Counted from the stretch's first letter, positions 37,560 to 50,090 are shown. The stretch: DNA of 64,000 nucleotides from Chiloscyllium plagiosum (GCF_004010195.1 NC_057719.1:73692969-73756968), one strand, 5' to 3'. Translations and numbers: made by a program. Notes: generated from the sequence alone by a model not told the origin.

Positions 37560-39560
37560 CCAGGAACTAGAAATGGTTTGGTTGAAGATTAGAAATGATA
37601 ATAGATTGATTTCTTAACAATAACCTTATGGAAGGATGAAACATAAAGGAAGGAAATATTGGAAGTTTCTTCGAGTACAGTGATAATCTTGGGGGATTTT
37701 AATCTGCATATAGATGCAAAAAATCAAATAGGCAAAGGTAGCACTGATAAAGCTTTCATAAAGCTTTCTCAGGACAGTTTCTTAGAATAGCGTGTCTGGC
37801 ACGGATGAAGAGTTCTATCTCTCCTAAACTGAACTAATTTTTTGTTTATTCATTCCTGGGATATGCATGTTGCTGGCTAAGATAGGATTTATTGCCTGTC
37901 CTAATTGTCTTTGAGAAGGTGGTGATGAGCTGTCTTTGTGAACCACTGCATTCTGTAAGGGCTAGGTAAAATCAAACCTTGGAAGGATCTTCAAATGAGG
38001 CTTTGTGGGTGGATCTGAGAAATAAGAAATGATAATAGATTGATTTCTTAACAATAACCTTATGGAAGGATGAAACATAAAGGAAGGAAATATTGGAAGT
38101 GTATTATAGACCCCGAAGCAGTCAGTTTTTTAGAGAAACAGATTGGTAGACAATGCACTGAGATGTTTAAAAACAATAATAGTGCAACAAAAATAAGGGA
38201 TTTCAACTTGATTAACAATGATTGGTTGGTCACAAGGTAAAGTGTTTAGAGGGGACAGATTTCTTAAAATGTATTCAGGAGAACTTTTTATATTAAGATG
38301 TAGAAGGTCCAACAAGGGACAGCGCAATGCAAGCCGATTCAGCTGGCACTGGGAATGCATTTTAGTGATAGCGACGACAACGGTATACATATTAAGTTTG
38401 TTATGGAAAGGGAACAAATATGCAGAGAAGGCCTTTTGGGTTGGGACAAGGCAAATATTATTAAAATATCGCAGAATCTGACCCAAGTAGACTGCAACAG
38501 CTACTTCTGGGTAAAGCTACAGCAGAACAGAGGATGGGCAAGAATACAGGCCCAACATGTTCCCTTAAGGGAGGAAATGTAGAAGCAACAAGCTAAGAGA
38601 GCTCTGGTTAAATGGGAATGTGCAGGACAGGATAAGAGAGAAAAGTGAATGCCCTTTAGTATGTGCGAAGGGAGCAAATCAACGGAGGCCCTAGTGCAAT
38701 ATAGAAAGTGCAGGGGGACACTTAAGAAAGCAATTAGGAGAGCCAAGAATGGGCATGAGAAAACACTGGCAGGTAAGCTTAGGGAGAATCCCAAGACAAT
38801 CTGTAAGTATATCTATAAGTGAACACAGCCAAGTGTATCACACAAACCAGCCTTCCATCCATTGACTTCATCTATATTTTCCACTGCCTCGGGAAAGCAA
38901 TCAACATAATCAAACATCGCTCCCACCCCGCTTATACTCTCTTCCATTCTCTTCCGAAGGGAAGAAAATATAAAAGCTTGAATTCACGTATGAACAGATT
39001 CAAGGACAACTTCTTCGGCACTGTTATCAGACTTTGAATGGACCTCTCAAATGTTAATTCTGGTCTCTCTGCACCTTCTCTGTGGCTGTAACACTGTATT
39101 CTGCAAACTGTTCTGCTGCCCTAATGCATTTTGTATGATGCAATCTGATTGTTATAGTAGGCAAAACAACACTTTCCACTGTATCTCGGCACACGTAGCA
39201 GCAATAAATCAATCAATCAAGGAGAAAAGGATAACCAGGAAGGGAGTAGGGCCTCTAGGGATGAGGCATGCACTCTGTGTACGGAGCTGCAGGACATTGG
39301 TAAGGTGTTAACCAAGGACTTCACCTCTGTCTTCACTTGGAAGAAGAAGGATGTAGATATGGAATTCAGTATTTGTCCTGTGAGATTCTTGAGCAGTCTG
39401 ACATGGGGGGTGAGGAGGTTTTGGTAGGGTTAAAAGCGGATAAATCCCCAGATCCAGATAAGTTGTATTCCAGGCTGCTGTGGGCATCAGGGAGGAAATT
39501 ACAGGGGCTCCTGAGTCAAGTTTTTAATTCCTCTCTGATCACCGGGTGTCACTAGACTGG
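37560..39560 (+). mobile_element. Decayed CR1 ORF2 N-terminal fragments (endonuclease/linker)
   Basis: VIILGDFNLHID; EALWVDLRNKK...YYRP; KRITRKGVGPL; GLKADKSPDPD. Confidence 0.75.
38814..39220 (+). mobile_element. Rex/Babar-type LINE 3' end nested in CR1
   Basis: ORF 38819-39037 SHPAYTLFHSLPKGRKYKSL..RMNRFKDNFF..VIRL; aataaatcaatcaatcaa tail. Confidence 0.85.
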
Positions 39561-40290
39561 GCCAAAGGCTAGAAAGTGGCACTAGTGTAGATTTAGAGTA
39601 CTTTTCATTTGTGTAGACATGATGGGCTGAAGGGGCTCTTCTGTACTAATGATTCTCACTTGTCTTGATAAACCCTTGAAAATCCTGCAGAGAAAGAGAT
39701 TGCCTCTGCTTAAAATGTTTAGTGATGCAGCCTCCACCATTTCTGAGGCAGAGAATTCCAAATTTGCACAGCCATCTGAGAGAAAAAAAAGTCCTCATCT
39801 CTGTTCTGAAGGGGCCATCTCTTGTCTTAAAAGAAAGTGCCCCCTTGTTCTGGACTAATGCACTAAAGGAAGCATTCTTTCCTCGTTCTTCTTAACAAGA
39901 TCACTTGACATAATACACTTCAATCAGGACACTTCTCACAGTTTTAAACTCCAGTTGAAACAAGCGCGGTCAGTGCAGCCTATCCTCATTAGTTAGCCCC
40001 TTAAATTCCAGGCAAACCTCTGAACCACTATTTGTTTGAAACAAATGCTGACATTACTTTTCTGTAGAAACTGAGGTAGGCAGAGGTATGTTTTTCAATT
40101 GAAATAGTCACCAAACTGTTCAAGCATCACAAATATAAACAAAACTCTTATTAATCGAAGCAGCTTCATATATCACTGTTTACACTCCAGCATTCATATA
40201 ATTGTTTCTCGATTATAAATCCCACAATACTCAAAATTCATATGTAAAATAGAATGCACCATTGATGTCCACAAATCTTTACCTCCTTAG

Positions 40291-40375
40291 ATTAAAGACA
40301 AGCTGGTACAACTCACAGAGAAGAGAAAATCAATGATGGATAAATGGGAGGAGCGCTGGTACTGGTTACGTCTTT
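40291..40375 (+). CDS. SPTB: Beta-spectrin coding exon
   Basis: ccttag|ATT, T|gtaagt (phase 1); IKDKLVQLTEKRKSMMDKWEERWYWLRL. Confidence 0.94.
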
Positions 40376-40414
40376 GTAAGTGAAATGCTATCCACATATT
40401 TTCTTTTTGAGACA

Positions 40415-40660
40415 CTTCAGTGCCCCACCGAAAGAATGTTGCTCTGTCAGACGTGCTGTCTTTCAGTTAAGCTGTATAACCAAGGTTTTGTCTGCCCTAT
40501 CAGGTGAACCTAAGAGTGCTGTTTTGAAAAATTGTAAGAGTTATCCCTATCATGCTCAATATTTATCCCTCGACTAATATCGCTAAAGCATTATCTGGTG
40601 ATGAGCTCATTACCCTCTATGGGAAAGTGTTGTGCTGTTTCCTTGCATTATCTCAGTGAA
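40415..40660 (+). mobile_element. Old Deu-domain SINE (SacSINE1/AmnSINE1-like) fragment
   Basis: gtgctgtctttcag...gtctgccctatcaggtg...caatatttatccctc...attatctggt. Confidence 0.65.
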
Positions 40661-40859
40661 GGAAGCAGATAAAACATTGTTGACTTAGCTTCATATTTGT
40701 ATGGGTTTCACTGACATCCTCTATACTTAAAGCTTATACTGTAATATGCAAACCATGAGTGGTTTTATCAGTTCCTGTAAGCTGTTGCAGACAAAAAAAA
40801 ACATTTTGCCTGAGTACAAGCCCATGGGAGTTGGGCCAATCCACAGTCTGGGTGAACTG

Positions 40860-41152
40860 ATTAGATTAGATTCCCTACAGTGTGGAAATGGGCCCTTCGG
40901 CCCAACAAGTCCCCACACTGACCCTCTGAAGAGTAACCCACCCAGACCCATTTCTCTCTGACTAATGCACCTATCACTGTGGGCAATTTAGCATGCCCAA
41001 TTCACCTGACCTGCACATCTTTGGATTGTGGGAGGAAACCTATGCAGACACAGGGAGAATGTGCAAACTCCACACAGCCCAAGGCTGGAATCAAACCTGG
41101 ATCCCTGGTGCTGTGAGGTAGCAGTGCTAACCACTGAGTCACCGTGCCACCC
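40860..41152 (-). mobile_element. HE1-type V-SINE
   Basis: ttagattagattccctacagtgtgg...ctaaccactgagtcaccgtgccaccc; flanks ggtgaactgat / ggtgaatgat. Confidence 0.92.
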
Positions 41153-41569
41153 GGTGAATGATCCCATTGGAGGAGCTCTGTCTTACATAACACATTGCTG
41201 GGATATCTGAGTCACACTTGTATCATGCTGTGTAAACTGTAGTACATGTCAACCAGATGTGATATAGCACCAAAGAGATTGTATAAGCCAGAGGAAGACA
41301 GCATGCTGAAGTGGATGAGAAAGAAGGACATTAATAAGACAACTATGGCCAGGCATTCTGAAGCCTAAAGCCACATTTGGCGACAATAACAGCAGAGGAC
41401 TAAAGTCAAAACCAACTTCCCGGCAATGTACATTCTGCATTCTGTTAACAGTCTGCTAAAATGAACCCTGTGCTGCAAAGCAATAACCCCATTATTCCTG
41501 AAGTCATACCAAATTGTTAATTTTTTTTTGTAAGGTGCATGCAGTGCTCTAACTTAAAGCAAATTGTGA

Positions 41570-41730
41570 CTGCTGGGGATCTGAAACTGAAAGTGATGGG
41601 AAACTTAGCAGGTCTGGTAGCATCTGTGGAGAGGAAGCATAGTTAATATTTTGGGTCCAGTGACCCTTCCTCAGAATCCAGTAACATTAACTCTGCTTTC
41701 TTTCCCTGTTACTGCCAGACTAGCTGAGGA
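41570..41730. mobile_element. Fold-back Penelope-derived element (family C), decayed
   Basis: Minus strand ttctgaggaagggtcactggacccaaaatattaact; arms agcaggtctggtagca / tgccagactagct. Confidence 0.65.
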
Positions 41731-42809
41731 ACTCAGTAGATCTGTCCACTTCCGTGGCAAAAGAAACTAAGTTAAAATCTTGAGTCGAGCAACCATTTGT
41801 TAGAAAGCCCAGTTGCCTGATTATCTGACCAAGGTTGACAGAATACTTGTACAAAACAAGAATTATTATTTGTTATAAGTAGTTAGACAATAACTACAAA
41901 TAAATAGGTATAAAGCATTAGCATCCAATACCAATAACTAAATAACCCTTGTGAGTTCCTCCTTCGTGCCATACACACATAACATTATTTACATTATTGG
42001 TGGAGGATTCTGAAGTTGAGATGTTTCTCCTTCAGCCTTGATGTTAAGTCGTTCTTCCCTGGGAGCTTCCACTGGTATGTTAAAAGCACAGATTGATTGA
42101 TGCACTTGGAAAATATCTCTGATTTGTCAAATCTAAAGTTACAGCTCATAGCAACTGCTGCTGGAAAAGTTTAACCTTTTCTTCAAGTTTAAACTGAGTT
42201 TTTTTTATTGTACAGAACAGACAGTTCTGATTGAGACAACAAAAACACACTTGTCTGTGTCTTTCTCTCTCTCTCTGCCTGTGTCTCTGGAACTTTGTTT
42301 CCAGTTCCAACCTGCTCAGTTAGCTGAGAACCAATCATCTTTGCTTGGAAGCAACTCCTTGGCTTCTGATCATCTGCACATCGCAAGAACCCATAGCCAC
42401 AAAATGCAGAGTGCATAATAGATAGCGCAGTCCTTGCTGTGAAGTTATGCAGCCAACCTGGTAAATCCCTCTTTATTATTTTTAAAAGTGGTTCCTTCTC
42501 CTTGCTGTTCAGTTTTTAAAGAGACAGGAATTAAAAAGGCACACTCCTTACCCAACAAGGCTGCAAATAACACAGTGACAGACAATGATAAATTTGTCTT
42601 TAAACCTGTTTTTGATCTGAAGTGGAGAGGCACGGTTTCATTTAAATCTGCGTGTTGCTTTAAAAAATTATTTTAAAATGAATCTTATGTAATTGAAGTG
42701 AAGTAAGTGACTGTTCCTAAAACGGATTTAATTTTCAGTTATTTAGCTTCCTCACTGAAGTTTTCACCAGAAAACACCAGAAAACACCAGCAATTCCGAA
42801 AGCTGAATG

Positions 42810-43005
42810 CTAAAAATCACACAACATCAGATTATAGTCCAACAGGTTCACTTTCGGAGCACAGCTCCTTCATCAGGTAGTTGTCAACCACCAGCTGAAG
42901 GAGCATTGCTCCAAAAGCCAGTGCTACCAAATAAACTTGTTGGACTATAACCTGGTGTTGTGTGATTTTTAACGTTGCACACCATAGCCCAACACTGGCA
43001 TCTCT
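42810..43005. mobile_element. Fold-back Penelope-derived mini-insertion (family B) with 12-bp TSD
   Basis: gaaagctgaatg at 42798-42809 and 43006-43017; arms aaaaatcacacaacatcagattatagtccaaca / tgttggactataacctggtgttgtgtgattttt. Confidence 0.88.
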
Positions 43006-43177
43006 GAAAGCTGAATGAAATGCTTTAAGACTGTTAAAATCATTCTCAAAATGAGTATCCTGCATTAGCAAAGTGCAAATGCCTAAATCTTTCCAACCCC
43101 CTAAACATCACAAAATCCTTTTTCCTCATGGTAACTGATTAAAATCTTTGCATTGTTATGTTTTTCTGCTTTTCCAG

Positions 43178-43374
43178 TACTGGAAGTGTGTCAGTTTGCA
43201 AGAGATGCTTCCGTTGCTGAAGCATGGCTGATTACGCAAGAGTCTTACCTTAACAGCCGTGACATTGGGAACAGCGTGGATCAGGTTGAAAAACTCATCA
43301 AGAAGCATGAGGCATTTGAAAAATCGACAGCCACTTGGGACGAGAGGTTTTCTGCACTGGAGAGACTCACCACT
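43178..43374 (+). CDS. SPTB: Beta-spectrin coding exon (partial repeat 17, alpha/beta tetramerisation site)
   Basis: ttccag|TA, ACT|gtaagt; [22 protein letters not shown]...[29 protein letters not shown]. Confidence 0.96.
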
Positions 43375-43805
43375 GTAAGTGAAAACCAAGAGAAACGTCC
43401 AAGAAACATGTATTTAGCAGGCTAAAGATTAGTACTGAACTGTGCAGTTCATTCTGAGCTCTTAATGTATGAATAGTGCTTTTTTAAAGTGTGAATTTTC
43501 ACTGGATACATGACTATCAAAGCTCTATGATTTAAATTTTGGATTGTAATGCGGTGACTCACTTTGTCATTTGTTGCAAAATTTGTTGATGTTTGTCCGC
43601 AAAACTATCGATCCGTGCTTTTAGAACTCCCAGTGACGTCAATTGATCCCTATTAACTTACTAATTTAAACTAAAATCTTAGCAGTAACCAAACTGTGGT
43701 TCTCACCTCCTTGTTAGCCACATCTTATTCCATGTTATTCCAGTCAAATAAGAACTGCGGATACTGTAAATCAGGAGCATGGGTGGGGAGCTGCTGAGGG
43801 GGCTC

Positions 43806-43975
43806 TGCAGGTCTGGTGGCATCTGTGAAGGAAAATCAGAGTTAACGTTTCGGGTCCAGTGATCCTTCCTCTGGTTTCTCGTCAGAGATGCTGCTGGACC
43901 TGGTGGGGATTTTTCCAGCTGCTTCTGTTTGCTTTCCATGTTATTTCAGTTGTTTGGTTTGTCTCCAGCACTTGG
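43806..43975. mobile_element. Fold-back Penelope-derived element (family C)
   Basis: caggtctggtggcatct...gttaacgtttcgggtccagtgatccttcctc...agatgctgctggacctg. Confidence 0.65.
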
Positions 43976-44009
43976 ATTTTTATAATTATCTCTCTGCCTC
44001 CTTTACTGT

Positions 44010-44260
44010 GATTAAAGTTGGTTGTTATTCAGCTGTAGACACTTCACTCACGCCATCTAACACCCTTGGTCACCTGCAGAGACTTATTATCCAACACTCC
44101 ACTCACCTCATTTGTATGATATTTTGATCTGTCTGCCTATAAATTCTGTGGTCTGTGTGCTTCCTTCTCACTACATCCGATGAGGGAGCAGCGCTTCGAA
44201 AGCATCTGATTTCAAATAAACCTGTTGGACTATAGTCTGATGTCATGTGGTTTTTGACCA
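44010..44260 (+). mobile_element. Penelope-like 3' end (family B)
   Basis: ccgatgagggagcagcgcttcgaaagc...aaataaacctgttggactatag. Confidence 0.72.
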
Positions 44261-45589
44261 CGTCTTAATAGGCACTGGTAAACTGACAGCAATTCAGGTG
44301 ATATCATAAACTGACAGGGTGATGGTGAAATTGCTTGTGTTTTGTTACTCAAAGGTGCATTTATGGTTTAGTACTCTGGCTGCCATTTAGTAATATTTTA
44401 GTAATATTTAACCACCCTCCCACGAGATCAGTAATTTAAGGAGTATGGGTGGAATTGTCCCAGCACCGAAGAACATGAGATTCTGGGGCCTTGCCAGAAT
44501 CCAATAGCGTGAAGGCTGCAGGTTGGTGAGCAAGGGGTGTGCCTTGATCGTAGGCACTCCATGCCCTGTCGCATGCATGAACATAGGGCATGGACCTGGG
44601 GCGAGGGGTTGCTGAGAGGTATTCCACTACCCTTTCTTTTGGCGTCCCTGCCTCTCTCTCCCCATCTCATCCACCCATGGAAATAACCCCCCACCACTAT
44701 CGGAGCTGTCCCACTTGTTCTTATTCATGAATTCTGTAGTTCTTCATGTGATGGAGCAGACCAGCCTCCCTCAGAATATATTAAGAAGGTAGCAGAAACC
44801 CTAACCTTTTCCTATTTTAAAGGTAGATGTAAGCTGCTGTGTTCCAGATCACAATTTGATTTGTTAAATTACTCGACATAATGAAAACTACAATTTGTTC
44901 AAACGCTATTGTTAAAATACAGCAAAAGAAAGAGGAACATGGAATAACTTAACTCTATTGGCAAGCTTGACAGAATAATAGCTTACTTTACTGCTAAACA
45001 GTAACTGTTCCAATATAGTAACATCCCGTAAACATGCCCTTGGCAAATTCAGAACGTGGATTGTGTCACATACAACTCCAACCCAGGAGTAATGAGCGTC
45101 AAAAGATAGAGATTTCTCAGAGAGAGACAACTTCAGTTTTCAGCTGGAGCAAAGAGAGATATGACAGCTTTTCACAACCCCAGCAGCTTCTACTCCTGAA
45201 AAAAATAAAACTCCCTTGTTCTGTAGGTGGGAGCTTGACTACACCCACTCAGGCTGCTTCTATTGTTCCAACATTTAAAAAAAAAACCCAGGGCTTCAAA
45301 AATTATTTATCTTCTCATAGACTGCTTAGCATCTGTCACCCAATCTCTCTCTCTGAAAGAAACCAGGACAAAACACAGCTCTTAAAGCCACAGTATCATC
45401 GCACTCAGTAGCTACTACCTTCCTAGGTGGCACTGCCAAACACAGATTAAGATTAGACATGACTTAAGTTGAGATGGCCAACATCCCACTGATGTTGCTG
45501 GAACTGCCCAATTGATAAAGGTTCCATCAGGCCTTCCTTAAAAGGTGCAGCATAGTCTCTCGCCAGCTGTCCAGCTGGCAGGCAAGACC

Positions 45590-46150
45590 CGTGCTGCCAA
45601 TGATATTTCAGGTCACGGACTTTTCGTCAGAAGTGGGAAATGCTTTCTGAGGAAGAGGTGGATGGGACATGAACAAAAGGGATGTCTATAATAGGGTGGA
45701 AGACAGTAGAGGTTGAACAATAGGGAAGTTAGTTGCCCAGAGGAACATCTAAAGTGAATGGCGATGAAGCAAGGGAAGAAACAAAAGATCTGACTGAAGC
45801 AAAATGTGTTTCTTTCTGCAAGAATAAGAATGATGAAGAGAGAAACCGAAACATCCAAAAGAAAGGAGGGTAAATGGGGCTGTAGTCTCAAATTTTTGAA
45901 CACATTGTTGAGTCCAGAAGCTTGTAAAATGCCTAATCAAAAGATGAGAAGCTGCTCCTTTAGCGTACATTTGAGTTTGACTGGAACAGTACAGCAGTCC
46001 AAGGATAGAGATGTCAGTGTGAGAGTTTGACGAAGAATTAAAAAAGACAGCTCACCAGAAGCTCAATTTGAACTGTGTTCTGCAAAGGAATGACTTGATC
46101 TATGTTTGGTCTCCCCGATGTAGAGGAGACTGCATTGTGCACAGTCAATA
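45590..46150 (-). mobile_element. Old Penelope-like fragment (GIY-YIG C-terminus)
   Basis: Minus strand EQLLIF*LGILQASGLNNVFKN, homologous to 35283-35543. Confidence 0.65.
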
Positions 46151-46789
46151 CAGTAGAAGAGATTAGAAGAAGTACACATACATCACTGCTCCACACAAAA
46201 GCAATATTTGGTGCCCAAGTGTACATTTCAAAGTTGATTCATATCTGTAAATTACCTTTAAAGTTGAAATGTGGCTACTGACCCGCAGCATTGATACTGC
46301 TTTCCTTTGCATAGATGCTGTCTGACTTTCTGAGTATTTCCAGCATCCACAGCATTTCATTTTGCCTTTAATAAGGTACAAATATCAAGGAAAACCAGTT
46401 ACTTTTGCGCTAATATTTTAAACAGGTTCGTTGACCAAGACAGACAAAGAATTTTCCACCTTAAAGAGAGCCATTTGAACAATTGAACAATCAACATTGC
46501 CTTTAGTTCAGCATTTTTACTATTAGCATGGATTACTTGAGTCCTGGAATGAGATTTAAATACATTGTGCCAAGCAGACATTGAAGGAAGCACATGTCCC
46601 GATTTAAAAATATATAGAGTCAGTAGTTGATTGTTACTGTCTAATAATCATGAAATACCACTCATTTATTATAAACAAATGTATTTTGTAATTGTTCTCT
46701 GTTGCTTTAATTTGATAGCTAATTCCTGACATAAATTTGGATATTTCTTTACTAATTCAGCCTTATTAACCTCTAGTGTAGATTGCATT

Positions 46790-47190
46790 AGTTGATTGCA
46801 GTCTAACATATGAGTCAGAAGATTGTGTTTTCGAGTCCCATTCTCGGCTGCCTCTCCAGTGCAGAATTAAGGGAGTGCTGAACTGCCAAAGGTGTTGTCT
46901 TTCAGCTGAGACATTAACCCAATGTCCCATCTGCTCTCTTAGTTTAGTGTAAAGATCCCATGGCATTATTTTAAAGAAGAGCATGGGAGTTATCCCAGCA
47001 TCGTGACCATTGTCTATGTCTTAATCATGATCGCAAAAGCTGATTATCCATTATCATGATCTGGGTGTGTGTGGGAGTTTCTGTGCTCAAATTGATCACA
47101 AATTACTACAATTCAAAAATGCCCTTCAATGACAGTAAAGTACTTGGAAATGTGCAGTGATAATGACAGGCTCTGTAGAAAGGTGAATCT
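46790..47190 (+). mobile_element. Deu-domain SINE (SacSINE1/AmnSINE1-like)
   Basis: gtctttcagctgagacattaa...atctgctctct...taaagatcccatggcattattttaaagaagagca.gggagtt. Confidence 0.78.
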
Positions 47191-47257
47191 GACTGTTGTT
47201 TATACCTACACTGCTGTATTTAATGTGATGTATCCCTACACTGTTGCTTTTTTGTAG

Positions 47258-47400
47258 TTGGAGTTATTGGAGATTCGAAAGAAACAAGAGGCTCTCAGGC
47301 AAACCATGGAGGTGCAGCTACAATCAGAGTCAGAACTGGATCATGATCAAATCCCACCTGATACTGACCAACAACCAGCCAATCAAACACATGTGGAAAA
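47258..47400 (+). CDS. SPTB: Beta-spectrin coding exon (post-repeat linker)
   Basis: ttgtag|TTG, AA|gtgagt (phase 2); LELLEIRKKQEALRQTMEVQLQSESELDHDQIPPDTDQQPANQTHVE. Confidence 0.9.
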
Positions 47401-47574
47401 GTGAGTAGTAATGTTATGTTTCTCCTGGCATCCAATGAATAAATGACACTGGAGGAGGCTTCCAAGAACCACCCTGTTTTTTCGTGTGAAACAGTCTGCC
47501 TTTATAGAGATTGATGTCAGGTTAGTACAGGGGAATGCTGAAATATAAACATTAGTTACAGCAAATCTTTCTAA

Positions 47575-47805
47575 GATCTAAGGCTGTACCTTCAATTGTC
47601 TCGGCTCCAGCTCTGCAATTGCCTTTCTACATCTCTTTTCCTCTCTACCACACTTTCCTCCTTTAAAAAACTTCTTAAAATGTACCTGTTTGATTATCTG
47701 ACTTCTTTCCTCCTAATGTGACTCAGTGGTAGCATGTTTGTTTTTGTAATGTTCCTGTGAAGGGCCTTGAGCTGTTACACTTCATGAAAGATACTATGTA
47801 AGTTG
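47575..47805 (+). mobile_element. L2 LINE 3' fragment
   Basis: ctcctttaaaaaacttcttaaaatgtacctgtttga and cctgtgaagggccttgag...tgaaagatactat tail. Confidence 0.55.
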
Positions 47806-48647
47806 TTTTTATGGGAACATATTTACCAAGGACTTTTACATTGTTTATAAATCGCAACAGAGTTCTCTTCACAGCAAGACAAAAAGCAAAGGTACATCTC
47901 GTTCTTTGGCTTATGTGGCAACAGCAAGATACATGTTTGAATTCTCTTTTAGAATTTGGTAGTTTGTTCTCAAAATAGATGCAGATGACAAAGGCTTAAT
48001 GCTTCAGAACAACATTGAAACTTGTCTTTCAACCTTTCTCTCCTCCATCTTGCACCCTTTCTACTAATCACAACATCCACCTCTTTCTTAAATTATTCCA
48101 TGGTTGTTGCCTTCACTGCTTTGTGTTACTTTCTGAAATCATTGCGCATAAATCATCAAAATACAATGGTTGTTATTGGATATGTTTTCAAGATTAAATA
48201 TTGTCTGGAATTATATTGATTTTTTTTCAGGGAAAAGGTAAAGCATGTTTAAAACTGTTGCATGCCAATGCTGGTGAACAATGAAACACCTTCCACTTTA
48301 AATAACCACTGCTATTTAACCATTGTTGTTGAGTACAACTAACTTAGACGAGATGAAGAAAATCTTTTTGTTTTGGCATAACCTCAGAAGCATCCTCTTC
48401 CTACCAAGGTGACATTTCCAGTTAACAAACCAGCCACCATGAAATTAATTCTCTGGGTCAGATTGTCAACTTGAGCTCGTTTGCTTTTGGTCCAGTTGGA
48501 AAATGGTTTGAGACCACTCAAATTCAGTTCATTCTAGACTTTTAAAAAATCCAATTTGTGAATACATGCTCAAGTACTTCATGTACTCAGACTGTGCTAC
48601 CATAAGCACTTTACGGAAATATAATCTAGATGGTTGAACCACTGTTT

Positions 48648-48768
48648 GGACTTTTGCCCAAAATGTCGATTTTCCTGCTCCTCAGATGCTGCCTGACCTG
48701 CTGTGCTTTTCTAGCACCACTCTGACCTAAACCCTGGTTTCCAGCATCTGCAGTCCTCACTTTTGCCA
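48648..48768 (+). mobile_element. Penelope-like 3' end (family A), single arm
   Basis: cttttgcccaaaatgtcgattttcctgctcctcagatgctgcc...ccagcatctgcagtcctcac. Confidence 0.82.
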
Positions 48769-49957
48769 ACTGTTAAACCCACTGTGCTTTCCAGCTTGAA
48801 CACTGCTGGAGGTTGTAGGGTCAGTGACAGACATAGGAGCCAACACTATTACAGACACATCTCTGATGCAGCCTATACCATACACTTAGTAACTTGTTGC
48901 TGTATCCACCCTTACTATAGGTCTGACTCGCTACATGATAAATCCACTCAATAGATCATGGCATATAAAGACTTTTCAGTAATGCTATCCTGCACCTTTA
49001 GCTTCTGCTTGTCCTTTTATACTTTGGGTTAATCGCTGGTCATATTAATGCTAGCTTTCTGACTTGTAAAACTTTTAATTGTGATGTTGACCTAAACTTC
49101 GTTCTGGGAATCACCAGCTCTTTCTTACCCAAGCCTGGTTGTCTCATTATTTCTTTGAGAAGTTGACTTTGCTGGTGTTGCCCTGTTCATAGCTGTCTCA
49201 AAAACAGGTTGATTACAGTCACGGGTCATCTGAAAGATCTTACTTTGTGGCTGAAAATGTGGGACAACAAAATACTACTAATTTTGGAAGAGTACATGAC
49301 TTTGTGATTGCTACTAACAATGCAGTTATCGTTTTGTGAAATGACTAGGGACAGTTTTTTTTTTAAAAATCAAAGTCCAGCCATTTAATTGGTGTGCATT
49401 TTGACAGTCAATTAGCCCATTAAAACAATATTACAAGAAAGATTTATGTCAACCTTGCAAAATTACAATAGCTGGTTAGCTTCACATTATGTATTTTATA
49501 CTTAATTGGTGAGAGTGTCTCAAATTGCAGGAACTTACTTGTTTCTCCTTTATCACTCGTCTGATTGGAGTAATTGAATAGTATCTGACAACAGTCAGAC
49601 ATCATTAAACATTATGGTATTTGACAAGTATGTTCTTTCCTCAATTATGATTTCTTTTTAAAATGTAAAATAAGAAGTGTGAATGCAATTTGCTGTAACT
49701 TCAGATTTCCATCAGCACTCCAGTGTGATTCATTTTGAATAGTGCAACTTCTCTGAAAAAGATAATTCTACTAGTTAAGAGAAGAGACAGGTCTCTGGGC
49801 AATTTGTTGTATTATTTGGATGGTTGCATGCAAACGTTCTTCAATTAACCAAACCAAATTCAAGCTAAAAATGCCCTGTTTCCTTGCCAATGTAGAGACA
49901 CTAGGAATAGACATACTACAGTTGTGTCACTTGCTAATATGTTTTGTTGTCCTTTAG

Positions 49958-50090
49958 GACACAGGAAGAAGAATGGAAGATGGAAGGTCCGAAGGGAGCA
50001 GAACTAACTCCTCATGTAACAGATGAGCCATCACTGGTCAGTTACCAATCTAAATTCTGTCATAGTTCCCATCGTTTCAAGACAACCTAG
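49958..50090 (+). CDS. SPTB: Dual-use exon: internal donor after 50036 (long isoform) or read-through to TAG at 50088-50090 (short isoform)
   Basis: ctttag|G completes phase 2; (K)TQEEEWKMEGPKGAELTPHVTDEPSL|gtcagt; read-through VSYQSKFCHSSHRFKTT*; QEEE and VS positions parallel human SPTB PQEEE...TSP|VSLWS. Confidence 0.8.
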
